A stretch of DNA of 64,000 nucleotides. Origin: Ginglymostoma cirratum. Its lineage: Eukaryota. Location of the stretch: positions 19,068,097 through 19,132,096 of the forward strand of contig JAHRHZ010000274.1 of assembly GCA_024137785.1 (NCBI GenBank). The letters run 5' to 3'. The position numbers and the translations under genes were made by a program. Below, in pieces: positions 50,771 through 63,800 of this stretch. Numbering within the stretch: the stretch's first letter is position 1; each line of letters starts with the position of its first letter. The notes under the pieces were generated by a model, which searched no databases, was not told the origin of the DNA, and worked only from the letters and a program-made list of their open reading frames with translations.

Positions 50771-51534
50771 TCAAGGATGATAGGCACTCACCCTCCTCCA
50801 CAACCTGAGGGGACCTTCAGCTGTGATGTCTCCATGAGGAGGCTGGCGGTTCCTGCTGGTGTTTGACTTGCTGAGGCATTTGCCTTTCCACCATTTCCGT
50901 GGAGCTTCATTGAGCAGCAGCCACAGCTACTGTAACAGCAAATATGGCTTCCATAGATGAATGGTTCCAATGAACCTGTCAGGGCAATATCAGAAACAAA
51001 ACACATCCTTAATAATGTGAGTAGCCAGTATTCACACCACACACACGTTTACCATTGTCCTCGATACGATGCAACATGAAGAGCTCTGACAAGGAGGGTC
51101 ATGGAATGTATGTGCATGGACCTTTCAAACAGAGGACCTTACTTGATTAATGGCGTACAAACCATGTCTCACCAATACAGTAGTGGGTGTAAGTGCGGTG
51201 GAATTAATGAAACCTTGTCCTCTCCCTCGCCCAATTACCAATGAAAGGCAGTGTTATATACAACTGTATGTTGTCAAATATGCACAGGTCAGAGTCAGAG
51301 GAAAGCAGCTCCATACCCTTGTGCAGCCTTTGAGATCTCAGTTTGTTTTTGTGAATTGTGGCTTCCAGGTGACACTTTGAAGGTCACCTGTGATTATTTC
51401 TGCTTCAAAAAGATTTGTTTGCAATAACCGATGACACAGTCAAGACTGCTGTGGCCAGGATTTGAATCAGCTTCATTAGTCACTTAAAGCGGTTCTATGC
51501 AGAATTCTATGATTACAGATGTCTATAACCCATG

Positions 51535-51745
51535 TGCGTAAGTGCCTGATTTATACAATTGCCCCTTGAAAGTATTCACATTGGTCACTCCCTCAGATCG
51601 AAAAACAATGCTGGTTCCATCCACTCCAGGTTTAATGGCAACAATTTCCCATTCCCATCATGTATTGGTGATTTGGATGAGGATGGAAGGCAACGTAGAT
51701 AACACTTTACACAGAGTGAGTGACACAGTCAACCTCTCAATGTAG
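51535..51745 (+). pseudogene. Probable decayed Myb/SANT ORF of the same Harbinger element
   Basis: VPDLYNCPLKVF..DRKTMLVP..WMRMEGNV..RVSD follows Harbinger Myb motif spacing, then AG|gtgagt and a pyrimidine-rich tract. Confidence 0.4.
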
Positions 51746-52894
51746 GTGAGTCTCAAACTTTATGTTTCTTTCTTCCCTGTAATCCCTGTTGACCTATCAT
51801 ATTACAGCTTCCACATGTTCCCATTCAAAGTTTTTTATTTAAAACTTCATTTCCCCACTATATGCCCTGAGCCCCAGGAGTACAACATCATTATACATTC
51901 CATCAGAATGCACTACCTCCCCCTCTAGCCAGGGTGGTACTGACCATCAATGACATTTCCTCACTATAACCCAGGCCTTTCAATACTCTATCATCACCCA
52001 TTCTTACAGATTGAGTTGCATCCCTTCACATTTATTGTCTCCTCTGTCTCCTAGTCCCCACAATTGACTCCATTAATTGTCTGCCACAACACTGGAAGTG
52101 GTGAGGCTGATGCTCGGGAGATGCCAAGTCTATGAACAGGGCAAGCAAGCTGTCACTGCCTGTGAAATGTGCGCTGAGATGTTGGGGAATGATCGCCAAC
52201 ACAGAGATCCAGACAAGATACTGATGTGATATAATCGATAGGTACCTGTTCAGACTTTCATTTTTGGAATTGACACCATCTAGTTTCTCAGTGTTATGTG
52301 GGACAACAGGAAACCATGTGTGAATAAGGCAAGATTAGGCCCAAGTACTATCAAAAGTCCCTTTTACTAGTGAGATTCTTATCTAACCATTAAAATTTTA
52401 GGTTGAAAATCAGACATTTTCTTTCTTAACATCGAGAAACTAACTTCTCCATTCCTGCCATATTTTCCAAACTGACTCAGCATTCCCGATGTTTCAGGGG
52501 CTGGGAACTTTGAGTCCATCGTGTCTTGTTATTAACCTTTTAAAAAGACAATCTCCTCAATCCCTCTAACTCAAGTGTACAAAATTAAATGCATTCATAG
52601 CACATTCAATTAACTTCATTCTGTTGAAGCAAGGACTCCATTCTCATTAAGAATCACTTGGTGACAAAAGATACCCTAAACACAGGCTTGTACTGGTCCA
52701 CAAACCAAAATAAACAGGGACAGCACCAGATAGTTCAGTGAAGACATAGTTCAGGAGTCCATAAGAAGCCAAAGTTAGGAAAACATAGTTATTTCTAGAC
52801 AAACAAGTTATTCTTAAGGTTAGAAAAGACAATCAGGATAAGGAAGAAGAAGTCCCTGAATACTGAAAATTTAAACATGAGGATGAATAATGAG

Positions 52895-53180
52895 ACATAA
52901 AACCATATAACCATAGGACGAAGGAGAAGAGATAGGTTTGCTCCACCATTCAATGAGATCATCACCCATGTGAAGATCCTTAACTCCATTCTCCTGCCTT
53001 TTCCCCATAACCTTTGAATGTGTTTCTGATTAAAAATCTGTCTATCTCAGCCTTGAATATACTTAAGGACCCCACCTCTACAGCCCTCTGTGGTAAAGAA
53101 TTCAACATATCTACCACCCTCTCAGAGAAGAAATGCTTCCTCATCTCTATCTTAAATGAGTTACCCCTCAGTCTTAGATT
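52895..53180 (-). mobile_element. CR1 3' terminal fragment
   Basis: Same family as 2905-3180. Confidence 0.85.
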
Positions 53181-55139
53181 ACATTAATCAAATTAAGTAA
53201 TTTTTTGCTATATATGACACTGGATTGGCTGGGAGCTACTGACAGTGAAATCTCATGCTTCAAAAACATCTCTTATCTCATGCCTTTTCATGGGAGGGTC
53301 GGTGGGGTAGGGAAACAGGGTCTACCAAAACAAAAAATGATTTGTCATCTCTTCATGAATCAGTACATCGGCCCTTGACTTTGCAGAAATTACCAATGCT
53401 GACTTGGAATTATCCAGTGTGATACAAATTCTGCGTTGTCATCACCTTTATATCCACCTTCAGAATCATCCAAGTTCTAATCTTGTGTCCAAATCATTGC
53501 ATACAAGGGGAGTGTTAAGAGCTATCTCTATCCACAGAAAGGTGGCTTCTGAAAGCTGATCCTTCAGTGGCAGCAACACTGTTAAGAAAATCAGGGAAAA
53601 GCAGCTTTTAAAAATGCAAAATCAAAATATAATGATGCAATAATAATGCAGAAAATGAAGCCAAATGCTTGAAGAAACTAAAACTTGGATTTCCTGAATG
53701 GATGCTAGTCAGATATAGATTTGGAGAATAATTAGTTCACCTGAAGTAATAAACACTTATTTTTTAATTTTCAGGAAAACCTTATTATTATTTTTGGCTG
53801 TACTCCAGGCAGTAGAAATGCCTCTGATTCATGTCAGCCCATTTTCTGATGAAAGATAGGGTCCAGGGCGAAGGTGGAGGAGATATAGGGTACCGCTGCA
53901 GAGTTTATAGGTCTCACTCACAAGGATAGAAACCATTCCTGGTCAAAAAAGGAAAGTTGAGAGTATTAAGGATGTCTACCATGGGTTTCAGCAAGGAGAA
54001 AGGTGCAGGTTTGCAGAATCGTGGAAGTGCTGCTGAAAGAGACCATCATAAGCTCTGTTTTTCAGACAAATACAAGTGCATATGTGACCCTGCTTTTATA
54101 TTCATTATGGAATGCCTCCAGGCTGTTGCTAATGACTTCAGTGCTGTCCAATGAGGCTGACTCCATCACTCCATCTCTACAAAAGAAAAATGTAGAATCA
54201 AAAATGGTCAATAAACAGCTGCTATAATTACAGCTTCTGCACTCTTTAAACATGCTCATCTTCTCTGGAGTGTTCTAAAACCTTGAATGTCAGCTCTGCA
54301 GGACCGACGGGCAGAGGTACATAAAGATAGTGAAAACGTGATGTGGTATTATGATGTAATTTTTGCCTCAAATATAGGGACATGGTTCCAGGTGTCAGCT
54401 GAAATAACAGCAAAATGGAACAGGTCCCAGAATAGTGGGCGGAATATGTCAGCTGATTCTTATTGAAACTTCAAGGCTTAACATTCAATTCAACAAGGTC
54501 AAAATGTATTTACTCAATGGAACTAAAGCTATATAGGTTCACAAATTTGTCAACGCATTCCCTGCCAAAAGAAAAAAAATGGAAAATTGCAGTTGTCAAT
54601 CATGAACGCAACATTAGTTAAATTGTGAGCTTTACCCATTTTTGATTTTCACACTGAGAATTTGTGCGCTGTATTTATCAGACAGGACACAGTGCATTTG
54701 TTACTTTGACTTTGATGCAGCCACACAGAAAGACCGCCGTATATTTATGACACTAAGGTTTTGTGACTTTTGGAAAAAAAATTGCTAATATCAGTCTTGT
54801 TCTAATCCCCATTCCTCTTTCCATTCCAGATACATTTTAGCATTAGTGAATAGTTTAATACTCCATTTCCATTCCCAACCTCATTGGAAAGAAAATAATT
54901 TCTCCAAAAAAATGAAGGGCACAAATATTACAAACATTCACCATGGTTTTGTAAATTTGTTTTGCTTCTGAGATGCTTCTTATTTACAAGGTATTTTAAT
55001 ATCTCTAGAAAGCCAGTTTCTTTTTTCTTAAGAAAAGTCTCTACTGGGAAGAAGGTAAGAAGTAGTCCTAACACTACCACAACATTTCATGAAATCCTTA
55101 TGAGAATGGTTGCTCTTTAACTCAAATATTCCCATGTTC

Positions 55140-55530
55140 ACAGAGCCAGCATACCAACTTGTACCTCATCTACATGGGTGTCTGTTCTGGCCATCCCTCA
55201 ATTTTAAAATTCTCATCACAGTTTTGAAAAACCTTCACGGCCTTGTCCATTAGCTCTCTGGCTCAACAACACAAGATCTCTGTGTTCTGGCCTCTTGCAC
55301 TTTTCCAATTTTCTTTGTTCCATCATTTGTGACAGCCCTAGACCCTAAGCTTTGAAATTTATTCCCTGAACCTCTCTGCCTCGCTCTGTTTCATTTTCTA
55401 AGGTGTTTCTTAAAACCTGCCTTTCACTGGTTTTATCACCTCCTCATGTTGATGGTGCCAAATTGTTGTTTTATATCACAGCTGTCACCCACTGGGTCAT
55501 ATTTAACTATGCTGATGACACCATAAAAAT
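55140..55530 (+). mobile_element. Old L2 LINE 3' fragment
   Basis: FKILITVLKNLHGLV, compared with the L2 motif FKILxLxFKxLHGLAP. Confidence 0.6.
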
Positions 55531-55929
55531 GCAATTTATTATTGAGTTTGTTGGTCAGAGAAGGAGCCAACAGAGATTATCCCTCTAATATTCACTTCTT
55601 CACTGCTGAGATAATGTTTTGAACGCTTTCCATCTGTTAAAATGAGCAATGACAAAAGAATACTACAAATACTCATTATTAACAAAAGCCTAATAGTCAA
55701 AAATTGTTTCTTCTCTTGCTTCAATGATGCAAGTAAACTTTACTCCATTTTGGAAGAATACAAATCATGCTATAAATTATCAATAGATTATAAACAGATT
55801 ATAAATTTTAAATATAAATCGTGCATTTCCAAACACATTATCCCCTTTTTCACTCATGCCTTTTTTTTATTACAAATTCATTGAATAGAGAGACTCAACT
55901 GCTCAGGGCCAAAATGCATCATGTGAACC

Positions 55930-57690
55930 TAAGAACCTGAGGACATAAGAAATAGGAGCAAGAGTCAGCTATTCATCCCTCCAGCTTGCCCCACCATTCT
56001 ATAAGATCATGGCTGATTTACCCCAGGCCTCAACTTTTCTCATGCCAACTCATCATAGCCCTCAACTCCTTGATATTTCAGAAATCTATCTACATCCTCT
56101 TTAAATACATCCAGTGACCTAACCTCCACAACTCTCTGGGTTAGAAGATTCCTTACATTCTCTACCCTCTGAGAGAGAAAATTCCTGTGGCATCTTAGTT
56201 TTAATTGAGTATCCCCTTGTTCAGTAACTCTGTCCCATAGTCTGAGATTCTTTCATTAGTGGAAACCTGTTCTCAATATGAACCCTCTCAAGCCCCTCTA
56301 GAATCTAGTACATTTCAGTAAGATCACCCCTCATTCTTCGAAACTCTAATGAAAAAAGGCCTAATCCCTTTAGCTATTCTTAGTGAATCAACCCCTTCAT
56401 CCCACGAAATGGCTTATTGAATTCGTTTTGAACTGTCTCCGATGTCAGTATTCCCTTTTAAATACAGGGATCAAAATCATAAGATCCCTAGAGTGTGGAA
56501 ACACGCCATTCCACCCTTACCAGCCCCTGCAAAGAGCAACCCACCCAGACCCGCTCCCCTACTCTATCCCCATAATCCTGCATTTCCCATGGCTAATCCA
56601 CCTAGCCCATGCATCCCCAGACACGATGGGCAATTTAGCATGGCCACCTAATCTGCACATCTTTGGACCATGGGGGAAACCAGAGCACTCAGATGAAACT
56701 AACACAGACACAGGGTGAATGTACAAATTCCACACAGATAGTCACCCAAGGCTGGAATCAAACCTGTGTCCCTGGCACTGTGAGGTAGCTGTGCTAACCA
56801 CTGAGCTATCATGCTGCCATAAAACAGCACACTCACAAACACACTGTACTTTTGTAACAAGTCTTCCCTATTTATAACCTCCAATGCCCAATCAATAAAG
56901 GCCAAAATTCCATTTGCCTTAGTTACTCGTTGCACATGTGCGCTAAAAATTTATGCTTCTTGCACGACATCACCAAGATCCTTCTGCACTGCACTTTTTT
57001 GGAGTCTCCCTCTACTTAAATTATAGTCTGCCTTTCAATTCTTCTGACAAAAGTGTATGAACTCCTACTTCCCTAAACCAAACTCTATCTGCCAAGTTTT
57101 TGCCTATTCACTCAGCCTATGTCCCCTTGCAGATTCTTTATATCGCAATAACAACATGTCCTCCTACCTATTTTTTATTCTCAGCAAATTTGGATGCATT
57201 ATACTCTGCGCTTTGCTCCTAGTCATTAATATAATTTGTCAATGATTAAGGCCCCAGAGTGATCTTTGTGACATTCCATTAGCTACAACGTTCTAATCTG
57301 AAAAAGACCCATTAATCCCAATGTCTGTCTTCTGTACGTTAACCGAACATCAATCCATGTCAATACATGACCCCAATACTGTGGGGTCCAATTTTGTGTA
57401 AAAGCCTCATATGTGGCCTCCTGGAAATTAATTAATGCCTACTGGAAATCCAAATCCACCACATCTACTGCTTTCCCTTTATCAGCTCTGTTTTTTGTAT
57501 CTTCAAAGATCTGTAGCAAATTTGCATAACATATGTCTTACACGTATTGACAGTAATTGATTGTATTAAGCTTTTCTAAATGCCTTAAATTAATTTATTT
57601 CTTAATAATGAACTCCCAATGAACTTTTGAAATAATGAACTTTTCCCAATGACAGAAATCAGGCTAATTGGCCTATAGTTTTCTTCTTGA
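55930..57690 (-). mobile_element. CR1 ORF2 3' fragment with a nested HE1-like SINE
   Basis: VQRVTKANGILAFI.., FRRMRGDLTEMY and a 3' UTR tail. Confidence 0.88.
56478..56818 (-). mobile_element. HE1-like V-SINE
   Basis: tRNA-like head, V-domain and CR1-type tail; interrupts CR1 at GGGATCAAAA|AAAACAGCAC. Confidence 0.85.
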
Positions 57691-57879
57691 ATGGCACTCT
57701 TTATTATGTGCTTTCATTATTTCACCCATTGTCCCTCATCCACACAAGGACTAAGATCCTCACATCTACTGGACAAGGACGCAGACTGACACTCCAACAA
57801 ATTGTAAATTCTGGATCCTAGCACCAACATCTTTTGTAGTCACATCCTCCTGTCCCCCTCTGTAAATCAAATTTGATGT

Positions 57880-58096
57880 AATTAAAGGATGGGACTGTCT
57901 CCTGAAACGTACTGCTCAGATGACTCTATGCATCCCTGATGTGTTGTAATGCCTGCAGTTTGGACTCTTACTCAGTAATGCTGAGCCATAGCTCCTTGTA
58001 GAGCCATGACTTGCTGCAGATGTCTTCACCATGGATAATGCCATTATCTGCCAGTTCCTACTTACTACAGCTGCAACACTTCACCTACCCAGCCAT
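57880..58096 (-). pseudogene. CR1 ORF1 N-terminus (zinc finger / leucine zipper) relic
   Basis: MAG*VKCCSCSK*ELAD..ICSKSWLYKELWLSITE*ESKLQALQHIRD..FQETV. Confidence 0.7.
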
Positions 58097-58279
58097 CTGT
58101 CTTCTAGTTAATGAATTAATTTGGATTTTAAAAATGCTAAAAATGAATTTCTTAACTTTTCAACTGTAATAATGTCTGACTTAAAGCAATTGGTCAATCA
58201 AAAGAGACACACAAGAGATAAGTACCAATTATCTACCTGAATGAAGCACTGTGGTACAGTGCACCATTGAAGTTAGCGG

Positions 58280-58740
58280 AGGAAACAGAAACATAGTAGT
58301 AACATGGAATGCTCTATTTAGGGGAATAGACGCTGTTCTCTGCAGTAAACACCAGATCCCAAAGGTTGTACAATCTGAAAGAACTACAGATGCTGTAAAT
58401 CAGAAGCAAAAGCAGAAATTGCGTGAAAAGCTCAGCAGGTCTGGCAGCATCTGTGAAGAGAAATCAGAGCCAACTGTTCTATGGAAGGGTCACTAGACCT
58501 GAAACATTAACTCTGATTTCTCTCCACAGATACTGCTAGACCTGCTGAGCTTTTCCAGCAATTTCTGTTTTTGTCCCAAAGATTGCGTTGCCTACCTGTT
58601 TCTGAGGTAAAGGATATCTCTTCTGGGCTGGAGAAGAACTTGAAGTAGGAATGGAGGTATCCAGTTACCATGATGAATATGAATATCAACCACATAGGTA
58701 GGTCTAGTAAAGAGATTCTACTGAAGGACCATGAGAAACT
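58280..58740 (+). pseudogene. CR1 ORF1 SGNH-esterase relic, split by a fold-back element
   Basis: NIVVTWNALFRGIDAVLCS..|RCLPVSEVKDISSGLEKNL..YPVTMMNMNINHIG, compared with VVVGDSIVRG..CLPGA.V.D..PVVVVHVGTNDIG. Confidence 0.65.
58369..58573. mobile_element. Fold-back pLTR-derived element with 12-bp TSD
   Basis: TSD TCCCAAAG(G/A)TTG at 58357-58368 and 58574-58585. Inverted arms surround GGAAGGGTCACTAGACCTGAAACATT. Confidence 0.8.
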
Positions 58741-58967
58741 TTAGCTCTAACAGATGGAAAAGGGTTGAAGGGGTTCCCTGAAATAGGTTTATCATACCAT
58801 CACTGCTGTCCTTATCATGCAGATCCAGTATCTCACTCTGCTTCACAAGGGATGCTGACTGCTGACGTATATTTTCTACTTTCTGTATTGAAGATAATAT
58901 GAGAATGGAGAGGCTGAGGTTCCATTGTAATTCAACAGTAAGGTATAATTTTGAACAAGAATTACTT

Positions 58968-60095
58968 ATAGAGTCATAGTCAGACAGCATGGAAACAGAC
59001 CTTTTGGTCCAACCAGTCCAAACTAACCGTAATCCCAAACTATATTAGTCCCACTTGCCTTCACTTGGCCCATATCCTTCCAAACCTTTCCTATTCATGA
59101 AATTATCCAAATATCTTTTAAACATTTTAACTATACCCGCGTCCACTACTTTATCTGGCAGTTCATTCCACGCATAAACCATTCTCTATGTAAAAATGTT
59201 GCCCCCATGTCCTTTTTAAATCCTTCTCCTCTTGCCTAAAAACATGACATCTAGTTTTGAACTTCCCCATCCTAGGGAAAAGACCTGCTGTCAGTCATCT
59301 TATCTATGCCCACCATGATTTTATTAACCTCAATTAGGTCACCCCTCAACCTCCTACACTCCAATGAAAAAAGTCCCAGTCTTTCCAGTCTATTTTTGTA
59401 CCTCAAAAACTCCACATCTGGCAACATCCTGGTCAATCTTTTTTGAGCCCTCTCCAGTTTAATAATATCTTTCCTATAACAAGGTGACCAGAACTCATAC
59501 AGTATTCCGGAAGAGGCCTCACCGACATTATGTACCACCTCAACATCATTTCCCAACTCTTGCACTCAAAGTTCTGAACAATGAAGGCAAACGTGCTAAA
59601 TGCCTTCTTAACCACACCGTCTACCTGTGATGCAAATTTCAAAGAATTATGTACCTGACCACTTAGCTTTCTCTGTTCTACAACACTACACAAGGCATTA
59701 TCATTAATTGTATAAGTCCTGCCCTTGTTTTTTTGGCCAAAATGCAATACTTCACATTTACCCAAATTAAACTCCTTCTGCCTCTCCTCTGTCCATTGAC
59801 TGAATTGAACAAAATCTCTTTTTACTCTTATCTAACCTTCTTCACTGTCCACTTTACCACCAATTTTGTTGTCGTCCACAAACTTATCAACTATGCCTCC
59901 TATATTCTCATCCAAATCATTTTCTAAATAACAAACAAAAGTGGATCCGCTACCAATCCCTGTGGGAACACCACTGGTCACAGGCCTCCAGTCTGAAAAA
60001 CAACACGCTACCACTACTCTCTGTCTCCTGTCATTAGGTCAATTTTGTATCCAATTGGCAGGCTCACCTCGAATCCCATGTGATCTAACTTTACT
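58968..60095 (-). mobile_element. CR1 (HER1-like) LINE RT and 3' fragment
   Basis: FSDWRPVTSGVP, NDLDENIGGIVDKFVDDNKIGG, KCEVLHFG, FSLECRRLRGDLIEV. Confidence 0.92.
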
Positions 60096-60260
60096 AGTCT
60101 TTTGTAAATGATGCAGTGGATCTCCTAAATTTTACACTCTACTTACATCTCAAGTATGACAACTCATTGACAAGGATGGAACTAATCTTCCCACCAATAA
60201 CTAGCCCATAGTTTAAATATTGCCTTCTTCAGAACACTGGAAAGTTATCTGACCTTTCTA

Positions 60261-60865
60261 GAGATAATAGGAACTGCAGATGCTGGAGAATCTGAGACAA
60301 CAAGGTGTAGAGCTGGATGAACACAGCAGGCCAAGCAGCATCATAGGAGCAGGAAGGCTGACGTTTCGGGCCTAGNNNNNNNNNNNNNNNNNNNNNNNNN
60401 NNNNNNNNNNNNNNNNNNNNNNNNNNNNNNNNNNNNNNNNNNNNNNNNNNNNNNNNNNNNNNNNNNNNNNNNNNNNNNNNNNNNNNNNNNNNNNNNNNNN
60501 NNNNNNNNNNNNNNNNNNNNNNNNNNNNNNNNNNNNNNNNNNNNNNNNNNNNNNNNNNNNNNNNNNNNNNNNNNNNNNNNNNNNNNNNNNNNNNNNNNNN
60601 NNNNNNNNNNNNNNNNNNNNNNNNNNNNNNNNNNNNNNNNNNNNNNNNNNNNNNNNNNNNNNNNNNNNNNNNNNNNNNNNNNNNNNNNNNNNNNNNNNNN
60701 NNNNNNNNNNNNNNNNNNNNNNNNNNNNNNNNNNNNNNNNNNNNNNNNNNNNNNNNNNNNNNNNNNNNNNNNNNNCTGATGAAGGGCCTAGGCCCGAAAC
60801 GTCAGCCTTCCTGCTCCTATGATGCTGCTTGGCCTGCTGTGTTCATCCAGCTCTACACCTTGTTG
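60261..60865. mobile_element. PLE family B insertion with inverted arms and 13-bp TSD; the centre is an assembly gap
   Basis: TSD TCTGACCTTTCTA at 60248-60260 and 60866-60878. Core CTGATGA-A-GGGCCTAGGCCC-GAAACGTC at 60776-60803. Confidence 0.9.
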
Positions 60866-63800
60866 TCTGACCTTTCTATTTTGTTCCGAGAGCAATATTG
60901 GTGGTTTTGAATGGCTGGTTGAAATCCTTTCAGAGCTCCAGTGACAGAACAACATGAAGATCATTAATGGCATTCATGTCAACAATATTACGTCAATATA
61001 GTCCCTTCATCAAAATACGTGGTAGAGACGTAAAGAATGAAGCATCTTTGGAATTCCTGCTTCAAAATATGGTATTTTCACATCTAGTACAGCAGGGGTC
61101 AGATTTAGTGTAAAGTTCATTCAACTGCACCAGCAATGTACCTTAACCACAACTTCACAAAAGCACCCCAAATATATCAGTGTGAATGTTTCATTTCCCA
61201 CACCAACCATCCTTATCATCTCTCGGAGAGCAGTGATTGCACACAGTTAACTTCCATCCAATTGTGTCTAGTGGACCCTTGCCCACTAGGAGCTAACCTG
61301 ACTCACAAGACCCTTATATGTGCCAAACAGAAAATACTTTCACCCATTAATCTAGCCTGAATTCAAATAATTGTCCCAGAGACAAAAACACCATGCTAAA
61401 CCATTGCAGAAACCGTATTCACCCACGCATAATTACCATCTGGTAGAATCGAATAAATTTCTAACCCCGCAAATCCAGAAATGATTCACTGTTTTGCGAA
61501 AGGTAGTGCCCTGTAACGTTTCAGGAAACGAATAGTATTACAGAAGCTTGCGATGCATCCTTCAGGCACGACGAATCCTCGAGTACCACTTCGGGCAAGG
61601 AGTGAAATACGTACGAAATGGCTGCAGTTCCAATTAGAAATGTTTGTTTGAAAGTTTGTATTCAGCACATAGTCAGCAATTAAGTCCAGAATTATTATAG
61701 TTTGAACTTGTCTGGAGGTGCCAAATAGAAACCAGTACGTTATGTTTTCAATTGCTGATAAAATACAACTTTCATGGAGCAGTACATGTGGGCTCTGCAC
61801 TCCTACTAGTAATTATGATGTGAAGTGCTCTGACCAGCACATAATAGCACATTACAGGATGGCTCAGGGACTGAGGGAAGGAGTGCATGGATTCTTCACT
61901 ATAACACTAGAGGCCCTGGTGCTGAAATCCAGAGGGAGATGGATCTCTTGTATCTGGTGTACATGGGTGACAAGTTTCTGAAAGGGCTAATAGTGATACA
62001 ATGGCAGAAGCACCATCCACTATGATAATACTGTGGGGACTGATGGAGAAGGTAGTCTTGAAGGAATCAGATCCAAGAGCAGATCCTCATAACAGTCTCT
62101 GTAAGAATATATATCATGTTCTTCTAACATGTAAATAGTTGCAGAGATGCAATTAAATATATTTTGTTTACGATTAGAGACTCTCCCAGTTGGACTGGAA
62201 GGTGAGTATCCTTGTCGATGTAGAACATGCACACAGGCACTGGAGAATAGGATAACTCGAAGACGTTGATGGCAACACATAGGTCTGTACCTGCAGGAAG
62301 GGCCAGGGCCACCTGAGTTTCCTAGGACCCTTATCCCTCTCTCCTGCAGGGTCTGATGCTGCTCCTCCCACTCCTTATTCAGATTAATGGGAACCACTAA
62401 CTTCTCCTGGAGAACCTGTAAGGTGTTAAATAAGGTGGCATAGCACTGCATTTATTCTTTTTACATAAAGCCCTCAGAGAATTTCCAGAATAAATGTTCC
62501 TTGTGCTGCTAAAGTGTCCCAGAAGTCTGCTGATATGTTTCAGTGGATTTTTTTTAGCTCACAGCTCCAGCACCATGAAATGGCAAGTATATCTTCGAGG
62601 GATTAGTATCCCATCAAATAGTGCTAAAGATTGACATGCTATGTGTCCTCCCAGGAAGCTGGTCATTGTTAGGGGAAGGTGTTGACCGAAACACCGTAAT
62701 CACCAGAATGCTTCACAGTATCTTTAATGAGCGCAGGAGGGCATTTTAAAAGGCAATCAATTGTTGCGTGAATTTCTGAATATCACTTCCTAATGTTGCT
62801 TTTAACTTCTTTACCAAGATGGTATGTTGCACTAACCTGAGCTGTACCAGGATTTCATCTCTGACTCTACTGTAGTTGCATCTTTACATTTAGTCTGCGA
62901 TACAAAATGTCTGAGATACAGTGTTAACAAAAAATTTTCATAACATGTTCATATCTTGATGACAATTGTATCAGAATAAAACCTCACTAAGTCTTTTGCA
63001 GCTTCTACATTTGTAAACTAAAATGATACTGTGGATATAGAAATAAATCCTTAGTTCATAAAATAATTTGTGGTTTATATGAATGGTTCTATTTTCATGG
63101 AGGGAGCTGGTGTTGGAAATATCGTATAATTATTGTTGCACATTTCAACCCGCCCACAAGGTGAGGTCAAATGTTAAGCTAACTTGACACCTCACTTAGT
63201 GATGCAAATTTTTAACATCAGAAGAACCACATGGGGCAGTATTTAAGCCAGGCTGGAGAGTGAGGGTAAGCCCTGTCGCGTTCCTTAGGGAAAAACCAAT
63301 AAGTTACTAATTGGTAGTGGGCATTTCTTGACATTGAGGACCCGTAATGTGAAACTTCCACTCCTCACGGCAACAGCCAGCCCATTAGAGTCTGGCAGCT
63401 GGTTATGGCAGGTAGTGTTGCCAAGCATGGGACAAGGGCCCCACCAGAGGAACAGGATGAGTGAGTGACCCTTGCCCCAGGTGAGTGAGGGAGGGATGGC
63501 TCAGTGCATGGTATGGGTTACAGGAAGGGGGCAGCTGAGAATAAGTGTTGATTTTCAGCATTTTGTATTCTCAATGTCATCTGACTTAAACAAGCACTAA
63601 GTACATGACTCCTCCCACTCCCTGCTTTGGAGACTCACAAATAAACCAACAGTGCTTCAATTCTTCACTCTCCCCCTATGGTGAGCCCCCTACTCACCAC
63701 TGGCTAAATACCAGCAGCAGCGGGATAAGGTCTACGGAAGGGTATCAAGTGGCCACAGGGCAAGAGGTCTGCCATGAGCTTTCCTGTAAAGGCAGTGGCA

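Noticed and set aside
62020-62451. 143-aa minus-strand ORF
   Set aside because: No recognisable motifs; probably decayed transposon-derived or chance sequence.
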